22,090 nucleotides of DNA from Cyanophora paradoxa CCMP329 (lineage: Eukaryota; Plantae; Glaucophyta). The position numbers were made by a program, and so were the translations under genes. Shown here piece by piece: positions 1 to 10,599 of this stretch. The DNA lies in assembly GCA_004431415.1 (NCBI GenBank), contig QPMI01000385.1:1-22090 (forward strand). Reading direction: 5' to 3'. Below the pieces are notes generated by a model. The model saw nothing but the letters and a program-made list of their open reading frames with translations. It did no database searches and was not told the origin of the DNA. The stretch's first letter is position 1, and each line of letters opens with the position of its first letter.

Positions 1-37
1 GCGCTGAATGGCCAGGGGATCTAACGGAGAGATGTCC

Positions 38-2507
38 TCAATCACTGCTTGACGCAAGCTGACGGCAATTTTGAAAGCTGAGAAAACGCCGAGTGATGGT
101 CGCCCAGCACGCTTCTTGTGAACCATCAGGAAACTCAAGCTGCCATTCAATCTGCGAACTCTTGAGTGTGTGCCACCTGCTCAACAAGGCAGGATGAACA
201 AACCTGTGCTTGAAGAAGGGAGCCTACCATTGGCCCAGGACGGATGTTTAGCCTGCGGCAGATCTGCTCACCCTGCCGGGCAAGCGAGTGGTCAAAAAAG
301 TCAAAACACCTAAGCTTAAAGAAAAAGGTACTTACATCGTAGTGCGGCTTCAAATCCCAGACTCCAACAAGACCAAGAATCACGACGAAGGCACGGAATC
401 TCTCGTACAGCTCCTTTAGGCGGGAGATGGCGAGCTGTTCATCAGAGTCTCCATCTGCCACGAGCTCAGCGTTGACATAGATACATTATGCGATCATATC
501 GTCACACCATGCATGTGGTCCGAAACGTGAACCATATCGTGCGCGAGGGCGAGATCGAGTGCATCTTGCCATGAAGCGCCAACTTTGCGAAGCACCAGTC
601 CTAGCATCGACGTGAGCATATTGATGGCATTCAATTGTTTAGAAAAAGAATCGAGCACCTAATTCCACACGAGAGAGCGCTGCCCCCGACTCGAGCCTGT
701 GGACAAGCTTGCGAAGTGATGCCGCTGACTCCATCAAGTGAGCCACTTCTTGAGTCTCTGATGCAGATCGCTGGCACAAATGCACTTCAGTGACAGAGCA
801 TTACAAGAACAGACAAGGACAGACCCGAAGGGAGTTCTGCACGAGGTAATTAGTTACTGGTATGCACTTCCTCTTCTCCTTGAAAAAGAACTCCTTCATC
901 GGGTACATGAAGGATGCCAGGAGCAATGTGCTGTGTGCAGTGTACACTGGCTTTGGGCGATGCCGGATGAGCCTGGTCGTGCACTTAGCAAACAGGCGCA
1001 AAATTTGACACGAGGGGCGCACGAAAACATCATAGCTGCATGATGCACACAAGCTGCTTCAAGTGGTCTGCGTGCATCGTGGCCTGCGCCGAGGGTCGAT
1101 GGGCGCAGAAAAGAAAAAAGGAAGAGCTGCGCACTCTCTGGGAGGCCATGGCTACAGGTCGGAAAAGCGAAAACAACGGGGAAAAGATCGAGATCGCAAA
1201 TGCTGGCCAGAGCCCGGACAGGGTGTGGGCCTGTTTTCGAAAACATCAATGAATATACGCAGTGACGCAAAAACCATCTCACCGGCAAGCATGCCCGAAA
1301 CTTCAATCCCAATGCGCTCTCGGCTAACCTTCTGCTCAAGTGCAGACTGATTGCCACTGTCAGCAGAGGAACCATTGAGCAATAATCGGGGAACGTGCGC
1401 ACGTGCACTTCGGGATCCCGAGCAGCCGAGACAAGCTCCGGGTCGAGCGAGAAACGGAGCCGGCTTGCGAATCGGATGGCGCGCAGAACACGCAGGGGGT
1501 CGTCTAGGAATGTCACACGCGGAGCTAGTGGAGTACGGACGATGCCCGACGAGAGGTCTCGAAGACCCTGCGAGATCGCGTCTAAGGGAAGAAAAGTTCG
1601 ATTCGAGTCGCGTGGCAGCTGCCAGACCTGCCCCGTGAGATCCTCAATCGCGCCCTTATTGATATTGTAGAAGAGGGCATTGATGGTCAGATCTCGTCTA
1701 AATGCGTCTTCCTTCGCTGTTCCGAGTGTCTGCGCCGACCGGGAGGTAGTCAGCCGAGCTCGCGCTGGCGCCGGCGCCGGAGGGTGCACCATGGCTGGAA
1801 TACGGGAGTTGCAGCTGTATTCCTCGCAACGGAGGTTTACGAAATCAATGTGCAAGCCGAAGATGGGCAAATGAGCGGTCTCCAGATGCTTCGACTGCTC
1901 CGGGTTCGAGTGGATGACGCCGATCGAGTGTGTCATCTCGCCCTTCTGGCGCAGGTAGAGATTCACCATTTCGGCGAATTCGACCCCAAGCATGTCATCC
2001 AGGGCAATATCGATGTCGGGGCTGCTCATTCCGAGCAGCTGCGGAGAATCAGATCTTTGACGTTGATTGCAGGAGATGCCCTCTGCGCACCTTGTCCCGG
2101 ACCCAGCCTCCAGCGACCCGCATCTGCGTCTTAAGGTCGTAGTGGCGCGCCACTTCCAGCAGAAGCTCGAACACATCCCGCTCCTTGGGGGTGAGCTCAA
2201 TTGTCGAAGCATCAGGGCGCCGAGGCGGGGTGAGCTTCTCCAGCGCTGCATACACTATTTCTGGTCTTGCCTGCGTCGCGCTGGCGCTCCCCGCGTGACA
2301 GCAAGGGGGCGCTGCGGCCCAGCGAGAGGGCTCAGGCTGTGCGACCCACAACCGCTGCCTCCGCACGCCGCGGGTCGCCGGTCGGCTGTTCAAGAGGGGC
2401 TTTGAATGCCTCAAGGGCATCAGGGACGCTTCCCGACCGCTGGCCGCCGACAGGGTGCGTCCGGCCGCGCAGACGTCCGGGGGGCAGCAGGTGGCGAAGA
2501 GCGCCAT
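38..2507 (-). CDS. CCA1: CCA tRNA nucleotidyltransferase (class II, fungal/plant type), ~12 short GT-AG introns, N-terminal extension
   Basis: Spliced translation gives VAGGWVRDK|LLGMSSPDIDIALD, NPEQSKHLETA, IDFVNLRCEEY, EDAFRRDLTINALFYN, TFLDDPLRVLRAIRFASR, KVSRERIGIE, VWDLKPHYD|GEQI and IEWQLEFP. Introns include 2039-2090, 1730-1789, 1568-1627, 1347-1402 and 601-658. Stop TGA at 38-40. The 5' exon structure is less certain. Confidence 0.95.
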
Positions 2508-2704
2508 CGCCGGCGCCGTTTACAACACTGACGCGCAGAGTCCAGTTAGGCCGTCGCTGCGCTTGGAGCAAACACGAATCGGCCTGCACGCGGCACGCTG
2601 TCGTTGCAGTGTACCCCGACAGCCAACAGCGGCCAACTCTGACGAAAGTCAACCAGACAGCGTGTGGCGGCGTCCCTCAGCGCAACTTTGGCCGCGTGAA
2701 CGCC
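2508..2704. promoter_or_regulatory. Short divergent (putative bidirectional) promoter between CCA1 and the LOG2-like gene
   Basis: Head-to-head ATGs at 2507(-) and 2705(+), 197 bp apart; positional inference only. Confidence 0.55.
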
Positions 2705-3970
2705 ATGGGCAGCAACGCCTCGAGGTCTCGCCATTCTGGGAGCGAGAGGGAATCGGGCAGCGGCGACAGGGGTGGGCGGCGTGGCCACAGCAGCGCCGCA
2801 AACGGCGGGAACGGCCCCGGAGTGCACCCGCCGGCCGGCGGAGCGGCGCAGGCTCCCGCAGGAGGCCCTGTGCCTTACCCGCTGCCGCACCAGTACTACG
2901 TGCGCGCCCGAGCCGCTCAGACATTCCACATTGTCGATCTCTAGCCCTGAAGCTGAATGACGCCGCGCAGAATGGCCTCTACAGCGGACAACCTTTCCTT
3001 GTTGGTGGCCACCGCCTCATCCCAGCCAACCAGCTGCCGTCCTTCTTCCTGGAGGGCATCCGCCCTGACCTCGCTTTCCTTCCTTTCCAGCAGCAGCCCC
3101 GCATCCCTCAGCCGCCGCCGCCCCAGATGCAGCACACATGCACGATCCGGAACGACGTGAACCTCAAGAAGAACTCTTTGAAGCTCGTGCGGGACGAGGC
3201 CAACCCAAATCTGTATCGTGTAGAGTTTCAGTTCGACGCCGCGACGGAGTGTACAGTCACCGTCTTCTTCGTGGCCGTCGAGACAACAGAGGCGAACTCG
3301 CCCGCCACCTACAAGTGTGTCTACGACAACCGGCAGCCGCACACACGCACCTTCCCGAAGGGACTGGGCCAGTTCTACGCGCAGGCTGCGGACGAGGGCG
3401 TGAATGTCGCTTTGTTCAAGGAGGACGACCTCATCTTCACGCCGGGCCCCAACGCCAACCAGTACCCGGTCGTCATCAGATTAGAAACACTGGCGGGCTC
3501 CTCGAGTGACTCCTCGTCGGAGGGTCGGTCGGGCGTTCAGTCGCAGTCGACCTTCGCGACGCTGGCGAAGCTGCCGGAGGGCGGATGGGGCATCAAAGTC
3601 CTTAAGCAGAAGATCCTCGTTGGTGGCGTCTCGTACGAGCTACAGGAGATCTACGGCATCGAGCAGAACGCGGAGGGCGACGGCGGCGAGGCGGCTGACA
3701 GCGGCCGCGAGTGCGTCATTTGCATGTCGGAGCCGAGGGACACGACGCTCCTCCCCTGCCGGCATATGTGCATGTGCAACGAGTGCGCGAAGGTCCTCCG
3801 GTACCAGACCAACAAGTGCCCCATCTGTCGATCCCCCGTCGAGTCCCTCCTCCAAATCAAGGTCAGGCCTGCTTATCATTATTTTCCGAGGAGGGTACAA
3901 TTACTTACACAGAAGCCACTTGCAGGTTAGCAAGAAGGACGGCCCCGGGTCAGGAGGCCCCTCTGGCTAG
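2705..3970 (+). CDS. LOG2/LUL/MGRN1/RNF157-family RING E3 ubiquitin ligase; exons 2705-2899, 2971-3861, 3926-3970
   Basis: N-terminal MGSNAS (myristoylation-like), DAR2-type region (TIRNDVNLKKNSLKL, YPVVIRLE, IKVLKQKILVGGVSYELQEIYGIE), RING CVICMSEPRDTTLLPCRHMCMCNECAKVLRYQTNKCPICR. GT-AG introns 2900-2970 and 3862-3925 preserve frame. Confidence 0.95.
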
Positions 3971-4157
3971 CACCACTTCTCGTCCCCGCCCCGCCACAGT
4001 GACAGTTGCTCTGCTCTTTCGCTCTTGTTTTTCTCTCCTCCCAATGCCCTGCCCCCGTTCCCGGCCGCGTCCTCCTTGTCGATTCTCCTCTTTCGCCTTC
4101 TCTCCCCTCGTTGCTGTTCGCACATCCTCAACTTGTGTGCTTTCTCTCCATGTGAGG

Positions 4158-7100
4158 CTAGCTTAACGGCCGCCGCGCACGCAGTGCGCCTTGCAGGCGA
4201 GGCAGTAGGGGCGGGGCCGGGACATTGGTGGCGGGTTGGGGTGCGATCTCGAGGAGGGTCCGGGTGAGCGCCTCGAGTGGGGGCGATGGTCCGGCCTCGA
4301 GGGCCGCGAGCAGTTCCTCTTCGACGGCGAGCGGACTCGCCGCGCCTGCCCCGCAGGCAGCCCACAGCAGGTGCGCGAGGGCGGCGGCCCCGTGCGGCCC
4401 CGCGCCCGGCGCGAGCTGAAGGACGCGCCGCACGAAAGGGGCCCCTGCTGAGGAGGCGAGCCCGCTGGCGGAGGCGGCGGCGGCGAGGGCGGCGGTGGCG
4501 TCCCCGGGGCCCTCCCCCGTGAGAGCAAGCGCCACGCCGGCCTCCGCGATTGCCCCGCCCGCCGCCGCCGCCGCCCCAGCGTCCAGAGGAGCGGCCCCCT
4601 GCGCCGCCCGGCCGGCGGCCTCCAGAGCCGACCGCATCCGCGGGAGCCAGCCGCGCGCCCCCGGCGAGTGAACGGCAGGCTGCTGGGAGGCCTCACCCGC
4701 CGCCGGCAGCTCCCCAGGCGGACGCAGGCCGGAGCCCTGAGCAGGACGTGAGGCAGGCACGGGAGGGGCGGGTGGGGCAGGCAGGCCTGGGCGGGGGGCG
4801 CCTTCGGTCGCGAGGCGCCGGCGAGGGCGAGCACGAGGCGGAGGGCGCCTGCGAGCTCCCCCGGCGCGCTCCGCCCCCGGCACAGCGTTCCCGACGGCGC
4901 CGCGGGCCCCACCACCGGCTGCGGCCGGACTCCACCGCTGCCACCACGGGCGGCTCCAACTCCGCCCCGGTGGCGCCTGGGTCGCCGCCTTGCGGAGCTG
5001 GCCCTGGCGTAAGGCGGGGCGCGGCGCGCGGGGTGCGCAGGCGTGCCTTGGCGATGCGGTCGGTGAGGGCGGCGCGGACGGCGGCGCGGGCCGCGTCGGC
5101 GGCGGGGCGGCGGGTGGCGGCGGCGGCGTGCTCCTGCGCGAGGGCCACCGCCGCCTCCACCGCCGCCCGTTGCTCCCCTGCGCCCCGTCCTCGGCCCGCG
5201 CGGCGCGCCCGTGGCGGACGCCGCACCGAAGGGGCGAGGGCGGAGACGGACGCGCGGATGGCGACGCGGGCGCGCTCGCGGGCCGAGCGCTCGGCAGCCG
5301 CCGCGGCCTCCGCCTCAGCACGGGCGACTGCGGCGGCTGCGGCCTCCTCAAAGGAGGGCGGGAGGTCGCCCCCGGCGGGCAGCTCGCCGCGAGCTGCCGC
5401 AGCGCCTCGAGGGGCCCCGCGAGGCGCGGCCCGCACGCCTCCGCCGCCGCCCACGCCACGGCGCTCGGCACCGCCGCGTCTGCGGGGCGCTCGGGGGGCG
5501 GCGGGGCGGGCGGCGGGTGGGGCGGGCACCGAGGACGAACTGGAGGAGGCGGTGGAGAGCCGGCCGCTGCGCGAGGAACGCCTCCTGCAGCAGCGCCCGC
5601 CCGGGGCGGCCCCACTGCGCCCTGTCTCGCGCCCCGCCCGAGCCAGATGACGTCGGGCCGGCGCACCCCGAGGTCCTCCCCGGGGGTCGGTTGCACGGGC
5701 CGAATCTTGCGCTGCGGGCCGCCCGACCCCGCCGGCAGCCCCGCTCCTCGGCCGGGGGAGTCGAGGGAGAGGCCAAGGCCGGGGACGGCGCGGCGGCGGC
5801 GGGCGAGGGCGGCGGCGGCGGAGCGAAGGCGGTGGAGGGGCGGGCAGCAGTGCCGCGCGAAGCGGGGACTCACGAGAGCCGCCCTCGCGTCCACCGAGTC
5901 CGGAGGCGGTGGGCCAGGGGCGAGCGGCTCCTCGGGCGGGGGTGCGTTAGCGGGGGCGAGGGCGAGGCGGGCGGCCCAGGCGTCGACGAGGGCTCCGCAC
6001 GCGACGCTGGCCGGCCCAAAGGCGCTTTCCGCGGGGTCCGCCAGCCGCCCCAGCCGCCGCGCCGCTAGCACGGCCCGGCCCCCGCCCGCACAACCGCCGC
6101 GTCCCTGCGCCGCGCTCGATGCCGGAGCGGGTCCGGGCGGGCGGACGGACCGGGCGGCGGGGGCGGCGAGGAGCGGGGCGAGGAGCTCGGTGGCCCAAGG
6201 GATGGTGAGGAGGAGCGAGCCACGCGCCGCCGCCCGCTGCACCGCCCCGCACACGTCCACCGGCAGCGCCCGCGGCCTGCGCCCCGCTCGCCGAGGGCGC
6301 GGGGCGGACGGGCGGGGCGGGGGCGGGGGCGGGGGACCCGTCGTGCGGGGCGAGGGGGCGCGGGGCGTGGAAGTAGGGGCGGCGAGGACGGCCCCGAGGG
6401 CGGCCGCCAGCACGCGCAGGAGGAGCGCCCGGTCGGGGAAGTCCCGCTGCCCCTCCCTGAAAGGGGGCGTCACCTCCGGCGCGAGGCGGCGCGAGATGGG
6501 GGCGCGCACGGGGGCGCGGGGGCGGCGGGGCCGGGGCGAGCGGCGGGGTCGAGCTCCTCGAGGGCGGCCGCGAGGGCCGCCACCGCGTGCACCGTCAGCC
6601 GGTGGCTGTCGCACGCCTGCCGCCCCCTCAGGCCCCGCGTGCACAGCGGCGGCGCGCGCGGCGGGCCTGCAGGAACGCGAAGAAGGCGCGCGGGGCGGCC
6701 GCCGCGCCGGCTCCCTGCGCCAGCGCCTCCCCGGCCGCCTCCCACGCCCCGAGCTCCCCAGCGCCCGCCCCGCCGGGCCCGCCTCCCCGCCGGCGCACGC
6801 GCCTCCGGAGGCAACGCGGCGGGGAGCCCGCGGCCGCGGCCGGCGGGAGGGCGCGGAGCGCGAGGGAGGGAGACGGGCGGGGCGGCTGGGGCGGGGCCGG
6901 GGAGGGCCGGGGGCGGCGAGGCGGTCGGCGAGGGCTCCGATGCGGCCGGCGTCGGCGAGGCGGGCGAGCTGCGGGTCGCGCTCGTCTGCGCGGCGTCAGC
7001 GGGCGGCGGGCGGCAGGGCGGGCGGCGGGCCCGCCTGGACAGGAGAGGGCGACGAGTCGGGCGACGAGCTCGCGGGCGAGCCACGGGACGTTCACCTCCA

Positions 7101-8674
7101 GCGCCCCCGCCAGCACCCCGCGCGCCTGCGCGCCGCTCGCCCGTCCAGCCCCGCCGCCCCGCGCCCCGCGCACCCGCCCCGCGAACGAGGTCGCGTCCGC
7201 GGCCGCCCCGGGGCAGCCGCGGGGCCGGCGTGCGCGGCGAGCAGCGGCCCCGACTCGCTCATGAGCTGCGGCGGGATGAGAGGCGGGAGGGCGGGGCGGG
7301 GGCGGGGCCGGCCTGGAAGACCGCGTCCCGCAGCCGCTCCCGGTTCGTCGCCTCCCGCGCCGCCCCCGGCCCCTGCCCGCCCCGCCCCGCCTCCCGTCCC
7401 GCACCTGCCGCCCGTCAGAGCGGCAGCGAGGCGGGCGGGGCCGGCGTGCCGGGACCGGGCTCGAGGGCGGGAAGGCTGTACAGGCCGAGCGAGCGAGGGG
7501 CGCGGTGGGGAGGGCCCCGGGGGCTCCTCGGGGCGGGGGCGGCGCGGAGGAGGGCGGCGAGGCGCGGGGCGAGGGCGGCGAGGAGCGGGTCCTGTGCGAC
7601 GAGGGCGGGCACGCCGGCCCCCGCGTGCCGCAGCACCGCCCCCGCCCCTCCAGCGCCCGCGCCGCGAAGTACGGCCCGTCCCCGGCCCCTCGCAGCAGCC
7701 GCCCCCGCACCGGCGGCGTCCGCGCGGGGCGCGCCGCGAGGAGCCGCAGCAGCAGCTCCAACTGCGCGACCGCCTCGCCGCCGCCGCCTCGCTGCGCCTC
7801 CAGCAGGCCCGCCGCCGCCTCCGCCGCCGCCACGTCCAGCGCCGCGCGGTCGCTCAGCTGCCCCAGCAGCGCCTCTGCGTCGGCCGCCGCGAGAGCCTCC
7901 TCCGCCGACGCCGGCGCCGAGGGCGAGGGCGAGGGCGGCGCGTGCGCCTCGCGCGTCAACGGAGCGGCGCGGGGGGGCGTGGCGAGCGGCGGGGCGTCCT
8001 CAAAGAGTTTGCGGGGCGCGACGGCCTTGACCCAGGGCGACTGCGACGGCGGGCCGGCCGCGCTCGCGGGGGCCGCGCTGTCCGGCGTGGCGAGCGACCG
8101 CGCACTCTGCAGCGAGGGCCCACGGCCAACGCGCAGGTCGCCCTCGTCGCTCGCTCGACGATCAAGCGCTGGCTCAGCCGCTGCTCGGCTGGCGGGCGGC
8201 GGTTCAGGCGCCTCCGGGGCAAAGCGCTCGTCCTGCGGTGCGGCGCCGTTCGGCAGCTGCGTGGGTCGGATGCGCTTGCTCTGCAGCGATGTCATCGACG
8301 AATGTGCCGCTTTTCACGCGCAATCGAACCTGCTTCGCGCCTGCAGGTGCCGCCGACGGCTTGGCGGCGCTCCGGAGCGACGGGAACTCCTCTCGAGGTG
8401 CGGCGCATGCTGGCACTGCTTCTGCTGCAGCCCCTGGCGCCAACCCACCTGCGCGCTCCTTAAGACGGGTCGCGCATTCGAAATCGCAGACCGCGCACGC
8501 GGAGAGCTCGCAACAAGATTCGCCTCGGCCTCAACGAGCTGCAGCAGGCTCTCGGCCTCCTCTCGCCACGATGCCGCCAGCTTTGAATTTGATCTGACTA
8601 ATACCTGGAGACGGCCGAGATTCCAGCTCTACGCTGACTACTCAATCGCAGCTTAGCGCGCTGCAGAGCGGCAT
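4158..8674 (-). CDS. CDAN1: Codanin-1 (CDAN1/discs lost) homolog, multi-exon, with apparent 1-nt frameshifts; start codon and 3' end approximate
   Basis: Collinear motifs matching my recollection of Codanin-1: EEFPSL..KRIRPT, AQLELLLRLL, PYFAARALE, NRERLRDAVFQ, GRIGALADRL, FFAFLQACDSHRL, LRVLAAALGAVL, LLLTIPWATELL, RKIRPV, LQEAFLAQRPALHRLLQFVL. Confidence 0.8.
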
Positions 8675-8784
8675 CTCTTCGCAAGACGGCCGGGCCACTC
8701 TGAGCGAGCTGCCTCAGAGCTGGGCCACGGGGATACTGGAACCTTCGATTTCGGCAAGGGGAGCACAGTTTACGTTTGCACGCA

Positions 8785-9600
8785 ATGAGCGACGGCGAAA
8801 AGGGCGAGAAGCCAGGTGCGCTGCGCTGCGCACGCGCTGCAGAGCGCCGGCGAGCGTCTGAGCGCGCGGCGAGCAGTGGGCAACGGCGGCCGCGTCGAGG
8901 GCAAATACGAGTGGACGCAGTCGCTGCAGGAAGTGTGGGTCAGCTTCAGACTTCCCTCGGCGGTCACTTCCAAGCAGTGCGACGTCAAGATAAGCAAAGA
9001 GCACCTGCGGGTCGGCCTCAAGGGCCAGCCGCCCATCGTCGACGTGCACCTCCGCATGCGACTGCTGCGGCAACCGCTCATGCTCGCGTAGGGCCCCCTG
9101 CACAAGACGGTGAAGATTGAGGAGAGCTTCTGGCAGCTCGGTACGCGCAGAACCTTCATCGACGGTGCAAGCGAATTCCGACGCTTCCGCGCAGAGGAGG
9201 GGAAGATTATCACAGTCATTCTGCAGAAGATTAACACTATGGAGTGGTGGAAGTGCGTCCTCCAGGGCGACCCAGAGATCGACACGACGAAGGTGGAGCC
9301 CGAGAACTCGAAGCTTTCCGATTTGGACGGCGAGACGCGCGCGATGGTCGAAAAGATGATGGTCCGTCTCCACAATCTCAGGCTGCATGGCCACCTCGCT
9401 TATAGCAAATGTGCGCTTGCAGTTCGATCAAAGGCAGAAGGCGGCAGGACTCCCGACCAGTGAGGAGATGCAAAAGCAGGAAATGCTCAAGAAGTTCATG
9501 GCTGCAGTGCGTTGTCTGCTCCTCGACCTTTCGGCAACGGAACTGATTTCACTTCAATTAGCATCCAGAGATGGACTTCTCAAATGCAAAGGTCATGTGA
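8785..9600 (+). CDS. NUDC: NudC-family co-chaperone (CS/p23 domain + NudC C-terminus), 178 aa; exons 8785-8815, 8877-9043, 9092-9140, 9195-9361, 9423-9506, 9562-9600
   Basis: [54 protein letters not shown]|[21 protein letters not shown]|[10 protein letters not shown]. Five GT-AG introns; exon sum 537 nt is in frame. Confidence 0.96.
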
Positions 9601-9971
9601 GTTGTAGCTATTCCCCTACTGTAGTATCTATGACAGAGCATTGACTTTGAGCTTTGAGCATTTGGACACGAATTCAAACCGCAAGTCCCGCCGGTTCGGG
9701 CTACAAGTGTGGGAATGTACACTGCGGCCGCCGCAGCCGCGGGCCCAGCCCACCAGCAAGCTGGCCAGCTGGGCCCTGCATGGCCCCCTAAGGAGAGTGA
9801 TGCGCCTCCCTACGGACACTCTAGCTAGCTGTAGCTACATGTGCCCGCACGGCGAGTGTGGCATCGCGTCTTGTGGCGGCAGGGGTCATCTCAGGGCGGT
9901 GGCGGGAGCTCCTACGGGCCCTGGGAGCCCGACATGGAGTCAGCCTGCCCCGGGGGCAAAAAGGGGTCGAC

Positions 9972-10014
9972 GTCCGACGGTCAGATCGAAATTGAACGGT
10001 CTTGACCGTCGGAC
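9972..10014. repeat. Inverted repeat / hairpin (12-bp perfect arms)
   Basis: GTCCGACGGTCA (9972-9983) and TGACCGTCGGAC (10003-10014), with further imperfect inner pairing AGATCG/CGGTCT. Confidence 0.85.
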
Positions 10015-10059
10015 ATCCAAATTTAAAGGATCAAAGCAAACGGCCCAGTGAACGTTAAA

Positions 10060-10129
10060 CGGCTTCAAGTGAGGGGTAGGCTTCATGATCACTTAAGGTT
10101 TGACTCTGCGGCTTCAACTGAGGGGTAGG
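10060..10129. repeat. 21-bp direct repeat pair, 28-bp spacer
   Basis: CGGCTTCAAGTGAGGGGTAGG (10060-10080) and CGGCTTCAACTGAGGGGTAGG (10109-10129), 20/21 identical. Confidence 0.85.
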
Positions 10130-10599
10130 ACTCCGGGGGAAGTGAATCAAAGACGTACATCGACGTCGACGTCTCGGAGGCCCGGGCCTAACCATTTTTA
10201 TCGAAGGCTCAGCTCGAGCTCAGCCTGGCAGAGGCTCATGATCAGCGGCTCAGCGGCTCCTGTCGTGTCCCCCCTAGGCCTCGCGATCGAGCTCACCCGG
10301 CCGGCCACGCAGGGCCCGGCCAGCCCAACCGTGAGAACGGCCGGCTACTACTAGGCTAGCTTAATTATACTTATGATCATGATAAGCTTAATTATATAAG
10401 CTACTAGGCTAAGCTTGCCAGGTTGCTGCAGCTGTGCATGCGCACTGCGGTAGCTGGTGGACTGCATGGGCCTGGTGTCCTGGCCCTGGCCCGCGGCAAG
10501 GGCGCCACAGTGTACAACCCATATTTGTAGCCGAGGGGAACGTTGCTATTTACTTCTTATCCAAATGCTATTTACACAGGGAGAGAAAGGAAGCACGTG

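Noticed and set aside
1568-1789. Apparent insertions in the CCA enzyme in the 451-aa ORF
   Set aside because: They are 60-nt stop-free GT-AG introns (1568-1627, 1730-1789), not protein insertions.
4990-8463. 1157-aa plus-strand ORF and other long R/G/A/P-rich ORFs at 4200-8600
   Set aside because: Stop-poor shadow frames antisense to Codanin-1 in very high-GC DNA; no recognisable motifs.
10060-10129. Repeat-spacer-repeat resembling a mini CRISPR array
   Set aside because: Only two 21-bp units, eukaryotic context, no cas genes.
9641-10354. Intergenic ORFs 9641-10051 and 10100-10354 (likewise 21126-21590)
   Set aside because: Non-ATG starts, no coding-like codon bias or motifs, and they overlap repeat-like DNA.
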